The notes below the pieces were generated by a model that worked only from the letters and a program-made list of their open reading frames with translations, was not told the origin of the DNA and searched no databases. The position numbers were made by a program, and so were the translations under genes. A stretch of DNA of 32,000 nt from assembly GCA_038823825.1 (NCBI GenBank), contig JAWBCC010000005.1, forward strand, positions 1 through 32,000. The letters are read 5' to 3'. The DNA is from Candidatus Hadarchaeales archaeon (GTDB lineage Archaea > Hadarchaeota > Hadarchaeia > Hadarchaeales > Hadarchaeaceae). Below, in pieces: positions 9,462 through 17,902 of this stretch; position 1 is the first letter of the stretch; the number at the start of each line of letters is the position of its first letter.

Positions 9462-11565
9462 CTTTGAGGATTTCTCCGGAAGATGAGACGATCAAGGCGC
9501 TCAGACCGAGATTTCTGATTAGCTCCGCTCCATTTTCAGGACCCATCACGAAAACCGCTGTGCTCAGAGCATCTGCATCTAGGCATGTTGAAGCAATGAC
9601 GGTGACGCTCATCGACAAATCTGCGGGATACCCAGTTCTAGGATCCACGATGTGATGAATTCTCTTTCCGCTTAAAAAGAAAAATCTTTGATAGTCTCCG
9701 GAAGTTGCCACAGCTGCGTTCTCGATCTCCAAGATTTCTACGAGCTTTGTTGGATTTCTCGGGTCCTGAACTCCTATTTTCCAGCGCTCTGTTCCCTTTC
9801 TCCCGAATGCCCTCATGTCTCCGCCTATGTCGACGAGGAAGTTTTCGACTCCGTAAGATGATAAAACCTCACAAGCTCTGTCAACCGCGTACCCCTTTGC
9901 TATTCCGCCGAGGGTAACTTTCATTCCTTCTTTCGCTAATTTTCCGGCATTTTCCGTAAGAAGAACAGCTGACCAGTCGACGAATTTTAAAACGTTTTCC
10001 AACTCATCTTGGCTAGGCATTCGTCCCGTTTCCCTCGTCTTTTTCATCCAAAGATCTACCAACGGCTTCACGGTTATGTCAAAACAACCGCCCGAAATCT
10101 TCGAATACTCTTTCGCTTTGCTTAGCACAAAAATCGTTTCTTGTGAGAGCGAAACCCAGTCGCCAGAGTTGTTGAGCGAATAAATCTCACTTTTTGGGTC
10201 GAATTCAGACATCAGAGAATCAATTCTCGAAATTTCGCGGAAGGCGGCGTCAACTGCTATCCTCGCGAGCTTCAAATTTTCATGGCAAACTGTTATCGTC
10301 GCATACGTGTCCATAATCAGTCTGGTCTCGCGAAGAATGTTTCCGGAGATTTCCGTTCGCTCCCCATAAATGTAGGCGACTGCAAGCAGAGAAATCGAAA
10401 AAATAAGCATGATGGCCAGACCCTGCAGAATTTTTTTATAAAAAACTGGTAGTCTGGGTTGTGAGACCGAAACCAAGGAAAACAAAGCGATTATCGAATG
10501 CATGGTAAGCACTGAGGCCGCGAGGCCGGTCACGCCGTAAAGATTTCCAAAAACAATCGCTGTGCCCAGCCAGACAGCAAGTCCAGCAATCTGTGACAGG
10601 AAAATCAGTTGAGGTCTTTTTCTACCATATAGTTCCGAGAACATGATGGCGGAAAGTGATGATGGAAATATTGCAAGTCCGGCTATCTGACATGCCTTCA
10701 CACCTTCCTGAAAGCTTGGGAAAACTTGCCGAACCAAGAGGGGAGATAACACAAAAACGATCAACGACAGAATTGCTGATAGAAGCAGTCCTTTTCTTTC
10801 AATTTTTCTAGTGTCTTCGCCGTTCGATTTCTTTGGAAGAAGATAAAAGAAGAAAATTTGGGAGACCACGGAAAACAAAACAAATATCCTATAAGCAAGT
10901 TGATAAACTGCAAGCGTGGACATCCCGAAGAGCATGCCTACTATAATTTTGTCGACGAACTGCATCGAGCCCGAAACAACATTTGAACCGAGAGCTCCAG
11001 CAGAAAAGGTTATCTCCTCCTTTGTTGGACTCTGCTTGGAAATTCTGAGAGAAAAAAGCGGGATCGAGAAAATGAGATGAGCCAGAGCAAATCCGAGAAG
11101 TATGTAGATCACTAGTCCGGAAAATCTGTACAGCAGAAAACCGAGAAATATGGATAAGGATTTTGAACCAAGCCACATCCACATATAACGGCCGTAGTCC
11201 TCTCTAGCAAGTTCGCGATGAACAGCGAGTGAAAAAAGGGAAAATCCGAGAGCCGAAATTCCAACTATCCAGTGAACAAAGAGAGAAAGTGCGATGGCAA
11301 TCCACACACTCGTGGCTAAAACTATCAGAAAGAACTTGGAAACTGTTTCTCCTTTCTTTCCAAACACAACGATGGTTTTTTCGAAACCGAGAAGGCAGAA
11401 AATTGAAGCAAACATCCCGATCGAGAAAAGCCAGCTCAGATATCCATATGCGTTAGGGTGTATGAGAGTTGCGAGAGAAATCCAGAACAGAGCACCCAAA
11501 AGCGACGCACCCAACTGGCCCGCAGTCACGTTAAGCAGACCTTCGGTCTTTGGCTGGTCCTCCAT
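9442..11565 (-). CDS. Fusion protein: N-terminal MOP/Wzx-like polytopic membrane domain plus C-terminal ApbE FAD:protein FMN transferase
   Basis: One 707-aa frame from MEDQPKTEGLLNVTAGQLGASLLGALFW. About 13 hydrophobic helices, then LIMDTYATITVCHENLKLARIAVDAAFREI, EGMKVTLGGIAKGYAVDRA, FLVDIGGDMRAFG, and HHIVDPRTGYPAD, which are ApbE signatures. The track ORF extends to 12093 antisense to nadX, but the flippase homology begins at 11565. Confidence 0.85.
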   Translation of the reverse strand: MEDQPKTEGLLNVTAGQLGASLLGALFWISLATLIHPNAYGYLSWLFSIGMFASIFCLLGFEKTIVVFGKKGETVSKFFLIVLATSVWIAIALSLFVHWIVGISALGFSLFSLAVHRELAREDYGRYMWMWLGSKSLSIFLGFLLYRFSGLVIYILLGFALAHLIFSIPLFSLRISKQSPTKEEITFSAGALGSNVVSGSMQFVDKIIVGMLFGMSTLAVYQLAYRIFVLFSVVSQIFFFYLLPKKSNGEDTRKIERKGLLLSAILSLIVFVLSPLLVRQVFPSFQEGVKACQIAGLAIFPSSLSAIMFSELYGRKRPQLIFLSQIAGLAVWLGTAIVFGNLYGVTGLAASVLTMHSIIALFSLVSVSQPRLPVFYKKILQGLAIMLIFSISLLAVAYIYGERTEISGNILRETRLIMDTYATITVCHENLKLARIAVDAAFREISRIDSLMSEFDPKSEIYSLNNSGDWVSLSQETIFVLSKAKEYSKISGGCFDITVKPLVDLWMKKTRETGRMPSQDELENVLKFVDWSAVLLTENAGKLAKEGMKVTLGGIAKGYAVDRACEVLSSYGVENFLVDIGGDMRAFGRKGTERWKIGVQDPRNPTKLVEILEIENAAVATSGDYQRFFFLSGKRIHHIVDPRTGYPADLSMSVTVIASTCLDADALSTAVFVMGPENGAELIRNLGLSALIVSSSGEILKVNWSVV

Positions 11566-11647
11566 CGGTTCTACTCTCTGTTCGAGAGACCAAATAACCC
11601 AAACGGATATTGGATTTTTATAAGAAGCTAAAAGAAAGAAATTCTCG

Positions 11648-12472
11648 ATGCTGGGAGTTGGAATAATCGGATGCGGCGCTCTCGGTAGCATCTTGGCAAA
11701 AGAGATAGACATAGAAGAGGCGGGAGAAGTGAGACTAGTCGGGGTTCTTGACAAAAAGATGGAAGCTGCAGAAAAACTCTCGAAAACACTTAGAAAAAAA
11801 CCGAAAATCTTCAAAACTATTGAAGAGATGCTCGCGGACAAGGAAATAGACATTGTGGTAGAAACCGCTTCGCAGGAGGCTGTCAAACAGTACTCCGAAA
11901 AGATATTGAAAGCCGGAAAAGATTTGGTGATTTTAAGTGTTGGAGCGCTGGCCGACAAAAAACTTCTTTCCTCGCTCATAAAGATCGCAAAAAAGACTGG
12001 AAAGAAGATATACGTTCCGTCGGGGGCGATCTTAGGAGTCGATGGGATAAAAGCAATAAGCATACGAGAAGTTGACGAGGTACTGATAATCACGAGAAAA
12101 CCGCCCAGAGCGCTCAGCTATAGCGAGTATGTCAAAAGAAAAAGAATTGATCTAAAAAAGATGAGGCATCCGAAGGTCATTTTTGAGGGACCAGCCAAGG
12201 AGGCCGTAAAATTCTTTCCAGCGAGTGTAAATGTGGCCGCAACGGTGAGTCTGGCTGGTGTCGGATTTGACAAAACCAAAGTGAAAATAATCGTGGACCC
12301 AACCCTGAAGAGAAACATACACGAAATACACATTAGGGGGGTTGCTGGCGAATATTCCATAATCGCCAAAAATTTACCTACGGCCGAGTCAGCCAAGACA
12401 AGCATGCTGGCAGCCCTCTCCACTGTGAGGCTTCTCAAGAGCTTGCAAGAGCCTCTCAAGATTGGTGAGTGA
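11648..12472 (+). CDS. nadX: L-aspartate dehydrogenase (NadX-like)
   Basis: GIIGCGALGSILAKEID Rossmann start; VYVPSGAILGVDG-type motif (KIYVPSGAILGVDGIKA); FFPASVNVAATVSLAGVGFDKTKV; HEIHIRGVAGEY. Confidence 0.9.
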   Translation: MLGVGIIGCGALGSILAKEIDIEEAGEVRLVGVLDKKMEAAEKLSKTLRKKPKIFKTIEEMLADKEIDIVVETASQEAVKQYSEKILKAGKDLVILSVGALADKKLLSSLIKIAKKTGKKIYVPSGAILGVDGIKAISIREVDEVLIITRKPPRALSYSEYVKRKRIDLKKMRHPKVIFEGPAKEAVKFFPASVNVAATVSLAGVGFDKTKVKIIVDPTLKRNIHEIHIRGVAGEYSIIAKNLPTAESAKTSMLAALSTVRLLKSLQEPLKIGE

Positions 12473-12474
12473 TA

Positions 12475-13302
12475 ATGGATAGAAAACTCATCAGACAAAT
12501 GCTGAAAGAAGACGTCGGAAAAGGGGACATAACCTCAGAAATTCTCATTGGCAGGAAAGTTAGAGCAAAAGGAAAAATAATCACAAAACAAGACGGCGTG
12601 TTGGCCGGAGCAGAAGAAGCTTCTAGAATTTTTGCGGAAGTCGGTGTAAAATCGAAGATTCTGAGGAAAGATGGAGAGGAAATAAAGAAAGGCGATGTTG
12701 TAATGGAAGTCGAAGGACCAGCTAGGAAAATCCTCATGGCAGAAAGAATGGCCCTGAACGTGCTCATGCGAATGAGTGGTATAGCTACTGCAACAAAAAA
12801 GCTACTTGAACTTGCGAGAAGAAAAAATCCAAATATCATAATCGCTGCAACGAGAAAAACTGCCCCACTTTTGCTCGGGCTGGACAAAAAAGCTGTAATG
12901 ATCGGTGGAGGAAGTACCCACAGGAAAAACCTAAGTGAAATGATTTTAATAAAGGATAATCACCTAAAGCTCGTCGGATCCGTTGAACTGGCTGTAAGGA
13001 AAGCAAAAGAGGCCGGCAAAACTCCTGTCGAAGTTGAGGTAACAAATATCGAGGATGCCGTCAAAGCGGCAGAAGCGGGAGCAGACATAATTCTGCTCGA
13101 TAACATGAGCGTCGAAGAAGTGAAAGAAGTCACAAAACTCTTGAAGAGAAAAGGTTTGAGAGAAAAGGTCAAGCTAGAGGTTTCTGGTGGAATAGGCCCG
13201 GAGAATATATCTGACTATGCTGCAACTGGAGTCGACGTAATTTCCTCAAGTTACATGACGATGAAAGCTCCGGCGATTGACATGAGTTTGGAGATAGAGT
13301 AA
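12475..13302 (+). CDS. nadC: Nicotinate-nucleotide (quinolinate) pyrophosphorylase
   Basis: LKEDVGKGDITSEIL; NVLMRMSGIATATKKLL; ATRKTAPLL; GGGSTHRKNLSEMILIKDNHL; LEVSGGIGPENISDYAATGVDVIS. Confidence 0.95.
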   Translation: MDRKLIRQMLKEDVGKGDITSEILIGRKVRAKGKIITKQDGVLAGAEEASRIFAEVGVKSKILRKDGEEIKKGDVVMEVEGPARKILMAERMALNVLMRMSGIATATKKLLELARRKNPNIIIAATRKTAPLLLGLDKKAVMIGGGSTHRKNLSEMILIKDNHLKLVGSVELAVRKAKEAGKTPVEVEVTNIEDAVKAAEAGADIILLDNMSVEEVKEVTKLLKRKGLREKVKLEVSGGIGPENISDYAATGVDVISSSYMTMKAPAIDMSLEIE

Positions 13303-13307
13303 AAACC

Positions 13308-13577
13308 CTAGATATCAACGACCACTGCGGTGTTCGTGTCGACTATCCCTGCTATTTTGTGTATTTTCTCAATTATCACGCTGCTGAGGGTGTTCATATC
13401 CTTCGCTTCAACAAAGGCGATTATATCGTATGGCCCTGTGACCACGTGAACCGATTTCACGCCCTCGATTTTCGTTAACGCCTTGGCCACTTTCTTCACT
13501 TTTCCAATCGCTGCCGTTATCAAAATGTACGCCTCAGTCATTTTCTCTTTCGTCATTCTTTCCCACCTCCGTTCCAT
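13308..13577 (-). CDS. Stand-alone Lrp/AsnC ligand-binding (RAM) domain protein
   Basis: AYILITAAIGKVKKVAKALTKIEGVKSVHVVTGPYDIIAFVEAKDMNTLSSVIIEKIHKIAGIVDTNTAVVV; no HTH domain. Confidence 0.85.
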   Translation of the reverse strand: MERRWERMTKEKMTEAYILITAAIGKVKKVAKALTKIEGVKSVHVVTGPYDIIAFVEAKDMNTLSSVIIEKIHKIAGIVDTNTAVVVDI

Positions 13578-13605
13578 TATTTATTCGCACGTTAAATAAA
13601 AGCGA

Positions 13606-13800
13606 TTAGGTGGCCGGCCGAACCTCAAGCTTGATGCCTAAGACCAGCTCCGCGGCGCGCACAACAAGACCATTTTGACCAACAGCACGGCCGATCTTGT
13701 CTTTCGGGACATAAACGATTAATCCCTTATCTGTCTCCTCAACTCTTTCGATGGGAACATCGAGCATCGTCTTCAATTTTTGCAAAGTTTGTTCGTCCAT
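13606..13800 (-). CDS. Small single-KH-domain (NusA KH2-like) protein
   Basis: MDEQTLQKLKTMLDVPIERVEETDKGLIVYVPKDKIGRAVGQNGLVVRAAELVLGIKLEVRPAT; GRAVGQNG is a GxxG KH loop. The ORF track gives an upstream start at 13869. Confidence 0.65.
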   Translation of the reverse strand: MDEQTLQKLKTMLDVPIERVEETDKGLIVYVPKDKIGRAVGQNGLVVRAAELVLGIKLEVRPAT

Positions 13801-13937
13801 TTTTGGCCTTAAAGAATTCTCAGCAATTTTTAAAAGGATTGCTTGCTTTCGGTCAATGCCGAAAAGCATGCCACTCTTGTCTTTACTTGACTTGGAGGGG
13901 AAATTTAGATTATACGCCTCGTATATTCAATTTACAG

Positions 13938-14333
13938 ATGCACGAATGGGCTATCGCTGAAGGAATAGTCGCAACAGTCTTGAAGAGCTCTGGAGGAAAA
14001 AAAGTCAAAAAAGTAAAACTTCGAGTCGGTGAACTGCAACAAATAGATTTAGAAATCTTGGAATTCGCCGTTAAAGAAATTTCCAAGATCGAACAGGGAA
14101 AAGAAATAGCTGAAATCGACGTTGAGATCGAGAGAACAGAGTTTGAGTGCCACGAATGTCACAAAAGATGGCGCCTGCACCTTTCACGTTCGAATACAGA
14201 AATTGCGGAACTCGTACACTTCTTGCCTGAGAGCTCAAAGATTCACTTAAGATGTCCGCACTGTGGTTCGTCAGACTTTGAAATCTCCGGAGGTAGGGGA
14301 GTTTGTATAGAATCCTTCGTGATCCAAGAATAG
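13938..14333 (+). CDS. hypA: Hydrogenase maturation factor HypA
   Basis: MHEWAIAEGIVATVLKS N-terminus with the Ni-binding MHE motif; CHECHKRW and CPHCGS zinc ligands. Confidence 0.9.
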   Translation: MHEWAIAEGIVATVLKSSGGKKVKKVKLRVGELQQIDLEILEFAVKEISKIEQGKEIAEIDVEIERTEFECHECHKRWRLHLSRSNTEIAELVHFLPESSKIHLRCPHCGSSDFEISGGRGVCIESFVIQE

Positions 14334-14347
14334 AAGCGGCAAAACGC

Positions 14348-15028
14348 ATGATGTCTAGAGTAAAACGAATACTCTGTTTCGCCAGCGGAAAGGGGGGTGT
14401 GGGCAAAAGTGTGCTTTCATCAGCTTCTGCTCTGCTCCTTTCTTCGTCTGGGAGAAAAACAGGCTTGTTAGATCTGGACTTCCACGGGCCATCTGCACAC
14501 ACCATTCTCGGAGCGAGAGTTGGATTCGGAGAGAATAGAGGAATAATACCACACGAGTTCAACGGAATAAAAATAATGTCTATTGTTCCGTTTGCCGGAC
14601 GAAAACCGATCTTGTGGAGAGGGAGCGACATCTCTCAGTCCATCTTAGAGCTCTTGGCAATAACGAGATGGGGGGAACTTGACTTTTTGGTGATTGACAT
14701 GCCCCCTGGAACTGGTGAGGAGATTCTCGAAACCAGCAAAATTCTTGAGAGGGGGGAGTTTGTAATCGTGACTACTCCTTCTCTTCTTTCGATCGAAACT
14801 GTCAAGAGGTTGATTCTCGCTCTTAAAGAACTCGAAGTGGAAATCTCCGGAGTTATAGAAAACATGGGGGATGGCAATAAGGCCAAAAAACTCTCCAAGG
14901 AATACAAAATCAGGTTTCTTGGCAATGTGAGATATGATGAAAATCTGGAAAAAGCAATTGGAAAACCAAACAAACTTTTGAAAACCAAAATATCGAAAGA
15001 CCTTCAAAAGATACTGCAAATCCTATAG
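14348..15028 (+). CDS. MRP/NBP35/MinD-type P-loop ATPase, candidate archaeal HypB-like partner of HypA
   Basis: ILCFASGKGGVGKSVLSSASALLL; LDLDFHGPSAHTILG; FLVIDMPPGTGEEI; directly downstream of hypA. The track allows a TTG start at 14303. Confidence 0.85.
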   Translation: MMSRVKRILCFASGKGGVGKSVLSSASALLLSSSGRKTGLLDLDFHGPSAHTILGARVGFGENRGIIPHEFNGIKIMSIVPFAGRKPILWRGSDISQSILELLAITRWGELDFLVIDMPPGTGEEILETSKILERGEFVIVTTPSLLSIETVKRLILALKELEVEISGVIENMGDGNKAKKLSKEYKIRFLGNVRYDENLEKAIGKPNKLLKTKISKDLQKILQIL

Positions 15029-15039
15029 AAAAGAACTTT

Positions 15040-15702
15040 TTAGAAATCCAAACGGAGAGAAAACCAAGATTTTTCGGCATGATTCTGCAGAATCTGCAGG
15101 ATACCTTTAACATGCGCGGCTCCAACAACACACACGACTTTCTTATCGGAGTTTAGAAGAGGAAGCAGTCTATTTGCCATTATGACATTCCGCTGTTCAA
15201 CTAATATTTTGTACGTGAACGGAAAGAACTTTCTAAAATCCGACAAAAGCTTTTCCACCGTTTCCTCCTCCGTGAGATCGCTGATTTTCTTCTCGAAAGG
15301 CATGAAAAGAGAAAAAAGTATTTGAAGACCCATCAGAAACTTTTCCCTAAGCGGAATCCCCATCAGCTGTCGAATTGTTATCTCCATATCCTGATCGATC
15401 AGCATGATCAGAGCTCCCACTTTTCTAGCTTCCTCAATCGCTGTCAGCATTTCTTCTCCAATTGGTGAGCCCGTCAATTTTGCTAACCTTTCTTGAAAGA
15501 TGTAAATTAAACGGATAAGAATAGACGAATTCTGAGTCTTCCAAGTTCCGTAGGTTAGAGCATGATAGCGCGCTGGACAGAGTTCCAAACAGACAACCTC
15601 TGGTTTTTCTTTCGCTATCAATTCCCTAACTTCTCTCACGCTTTCTGGTAAAACATGTCCCACACCCAAGATTATGAAGCCATCTCTGACTTTTTTCAAC
15701 AC
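15040..15702 (-). CDS. TraB-domain family protein
   Basis: GFIILGVGHVLPESVREVRELIAKEKPEVVCLELCPARYHAL; KVVCVVGAAHVKGI. Confidence 0.85.
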   Translation of the reverse strand: MLKKVRDGFIILGVGHVLPESVREVRELIAKEKPEVVCLELCPARYHALTYGTWKTQNSSILIRLIYIFQERLAKLTGSPIGEEMLTAIEEARKVGALIMLIDQDMEITIRQLMGIPLREKFLMGLQILFSLFMPFEKKISDLTEEETVEKLLSDFRKFFPFTYKILVEQRNVIMANRLLPLLNSDKKVVCVVGAAHVKGILQILQNHAEKSWFSLRLDF

Positions 15703-16352
15703 TGCCGTTCACCAACTTTGTAAATCAGAAGAAGATCTTTTCCAACTTTTTCTATACCAGTTAGTTTGAGCTTTATTCCCTTCTTGACGAGCGGAATTCC
15801 TTCACCTTCAACAAGCGTTTTGGCTCTTTCTCCTCCAACGATCACAGGAGCGATCGATATCCTTATCTCGTCCACCAAGCCATGCTTGAGCATCTCCCAA
15901 TTAAGAGTGGGTCCTCCTTCCAGAAGTATCTTTTTCACACCAAGCTCTGAAAGTTTCTCTAAAAGCTTTCTCAGATCTACTTTCGCTCCATCAAAGATCC
16001 AGACATCCACTCCGGTTTTCCTTATGCTCTCGACCTTTCTTCTGTTCGCCTCCGAGGAGACTGCAACTATCGTTTTCGGATCTCCCCGGAGAACTTTTGC
16101 AGAAAGTGGTATTCTCGCCTTACCATCGACCACTACTCTGATCGGGTTTTTGCCTTTCACTCTTCTAACCGTCAGAGAGGGATCGTCGGAGAGAATCGTT
16201 CCCGCTCCAACCATTACGGCATCAACCTCCGATCTGAGCTTGTGAAGTCTGTCCAAGTCCTCCTCGCAAGATATTCTACTGTCTCCACCGACGGTGACAA
16301 CTTTTCCGTCGACTGTAACGGCTGCGTTCATTATAACGTACGGTTTTTTCAT
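15696..16352 (-). CDS. arfC: 2,5-diamino-6-(ribosylamino)-pyrimidinone 5'-phosphate reductase (RibD C-terminal-like, archaeal riboflavin/F420 pathway)
   Basis: PYVIMNAAVTVDGKV; DAVMVGAGTILSDDPSLTVR; KKILLEGGPTLNWEML; ISIAPVIVGG. Confidence 0.88.
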   Translation of the reverse strand: MKKPYVIMNAAVTVDGKVVTVGGDSRISCEEDLDRLHKLRSEVDAVMVGAGTILSDDPSLTVRRVKGKNPIRVVVDGKARIPLSAKVLRGDPKTIVAVSSEANRRKVESIRKTGVDVWIFDGAKVDLRKLLEKLSELGVKKILLEGGPTLNWEMLKHGLVDEIRISIAPVIVGGERAKTLVEGEGIPLVKKGIKLKLTGIEKVGKDLLLIYKVGERQC

Positions 16353-16391
16353 CCAAACAAAAACCGTGTCGCAGGGTTTAAACCGTTAAGG

Positions 16392-16464
16392 GGCCAGGGC
16401 CGGGATTCGAACCCGGGCTGCGGGATCCACAGTCCCGAATGCTAACCGCTACACTACCCTGGCC
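16392..16464 (-). tRNA. tRNA-His (GTG)
   Basis: Acceptor GCCAGGG/CCCTGGC, anticodon stem CGGGA/TCCCG with loop CTGTGGA, T-arm CCGGG-TTCGAAT-CCCGG. Encoded G-1 opposite C73; no intron; CCA not encoded. Confidence 0.95.
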
Positions 16465-16525
16465 GCCAAAATTTTCTCGACAGACTTGGATTTATCTCTT
16501 GCGTCCAAAAATTCTCATGACAAAA

Positions 16526-16807
16526 CTAAACCCGCTGCTTCTTTTGGAGAAATAGAAGATATGCCATCCAGACCAAAAATACTGGTAAAAGCATGACGAG
16601 CCCGAGCAGGATCCCATTCGATATCATCCCTTCAGTTTCCATCTCGAAAAACTCTCCCCCCTCATAGCCAAGCACATGGTCTACCAATATCATGATGGTC
16701 GCTCCCCACAACATGAGACCCAAGATGTCCAATCTATACCGCTTCGGGGCAAAAAGCCAGAGAATTGTCACGATGATGGCCGCGACAAATGTTGTAACCA
16801 GCCACAA
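16526..16807 (-). CDS. Small membrane protein, paralogue of the next gene
   Basis: 93 aa, three hydrophobic segments; RLDILGLMLWGATIMILVDHVLGYE. Confidence 0.65.
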   Translation of the reverse strand: MWLVTTFVAAIIVTILWLFAPKRYRLDILGLMLWGATIMILVDHVLGYEGGEFFEMETEGMISNGILLGLVMLLPVFLVWMAYLLFLQKKQRV

Positions 16808-16811
16808 AAAA

Positions 16812-17138
16812 TCACCTCAAGATTCCTGTTTTCGTCCTTAGACCACTTTCAGCACGCTTGATTATGCTCGCATTGATCTTAACTATGCCAACCCAGACGA
16901 AAACAGAAGCCAGAGCCATTGGAACGCCAATGTGAAGCATTTCCCCGAAAACGTTTCCGCCTGTTAAAAACGGTGGGTACGGGACAATTTCCCCATGCGC
17001 CACATGCTCGACCATTAGCATCAAACTGCCTCCCCAAAGCATTGCATTTAACCATCCAACATGCCATTCCTTGGGAAACTTTTTTGATAAAAGTGTGGTC
17101 AAAATTCCTAGAAAAAGCGGAACTACAAAGCAAGCCAT
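16812..17138 (-). CDS. Small membrane protein, paralogue of the previous gene
   Basis: 108 aa, hydrophobic segments; HVGWLNAMLWGGSLMLMVEHVAHGE aligns with the neighbouring protein. Confidence 0.65.
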   Translation of the reverse strand: MACFVVPLFLGILTTLLSKKFPKEWHVGWLNAMLWGGSLMLMVEHVAHGEIVPYPPFLTGGNVFGEMLHIGVPMALASVFVWVGIVKINASIIKRAESGLRTKTGILR

Positions 17139-17170
17139 TCTTCAGCACCCCCTATCGGAGTAATATTTTT

Positions 17171-17902
17171 TTACTTATAAATATTACGATTGCGCAATTC
17201 TTTTGCAACTTCCTCCATTGTTCGAAACTTTACACCTATACGTAGCATATTGGTGAGCACCTTCCTCAAACGTGCCTCAGCGACTTTGCCTGTTGCGAAA
17301 CGACAATCCCATCTAACATTTTTCATCTCCACGAGCTCCCATGGGTGAAAATCCAAAACAAGCGGTCTGAAAACTCTCAGACCGAGCTGAACTATAGACA
17401 AAGAAACTACTGAGGGTAATCGGAGAATGCTCGAAGGCATAGTGTTCATTATCTCGATCAGGCCCGACGTTTCTGGCCGTTGCCCCAGCCCATACACGGG
17501 AACAGAAGAATCGTAGAAATATCCGAGCTTCACAAGAGCCCGATAAGTATGTTTGTTGCATCTGAAATTCGGGCTCCTAAACCCGACGGGTCTTTTCTCG
17601 ATCGTCTTCTCGATTATCTCTGTTGCGAGTTTCAATCTCCTGAACTGTTCATCGAAGGGTAACAGATCAAGCCTTTCGTGGAGGTATCCGTGACACCCCA
17701 CCTCATGATTTCTGGCAATTTCCGCGATTTTATCCGGAAATCGCTCACAACATTCGCCGGTCACGAAAAAAGTTGCACGTATGCCCAATTCGTCCAACAT
17801 CTTTAGAAGTCTCGGTAGTCCTTCCTCAATCCCTCTCCAAGTTTTCAGATAGGGCGGAGCGTCCTGCTCAACATCCACGGAAAAAACCGCTTCACTTGGC
17901 AA
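17171..17902 (-). CDS. Polysaccharide deacetylase family protein
   Basis: AVFSVDVEQDAP, LDELGIRATFFVTGE, NHEVGCHGYLHERL, GFRSPNFRCNKHT. Confidence 0.88.
   Translation of the reverse strand: MPSEAVFSVDVEQDAPPYLKTWRGIEEGLPRLLKMLDELGIRATFFVTGECCERFPDKIAEIARNHEVGCHGYLHERLDLLPFDEQFRRLKLATEIIEKTIEKRPVGFRSPNFRCNKHTYRALVKLGYFYDSSVPVYGLGQRPETSGLIEIMNTMPSSILRLPSVVSLSIVQLGLRVFRPLVLDFHPWELVEMKNVRWDCRFATGKVAEARLRKVLTNMLRIGVKFRTMEEVAKELRNRNIYK

Noticed and set aside
11566-12093. N-terminal extension of the 9442..12093 minus ORF
   Set aside because: It is antisense to the well-supported nadX gene and low complexity (Ser/Phe/Pro-rich). The flippase-like sequence begins at MEDQPKTEGLL (11565).
13803-13937. 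Upstream extension of HypA in the track ORF
   Set aside because: HypA needs the N-terminal MHE Ni-binding motif, which is at ATG 13938.
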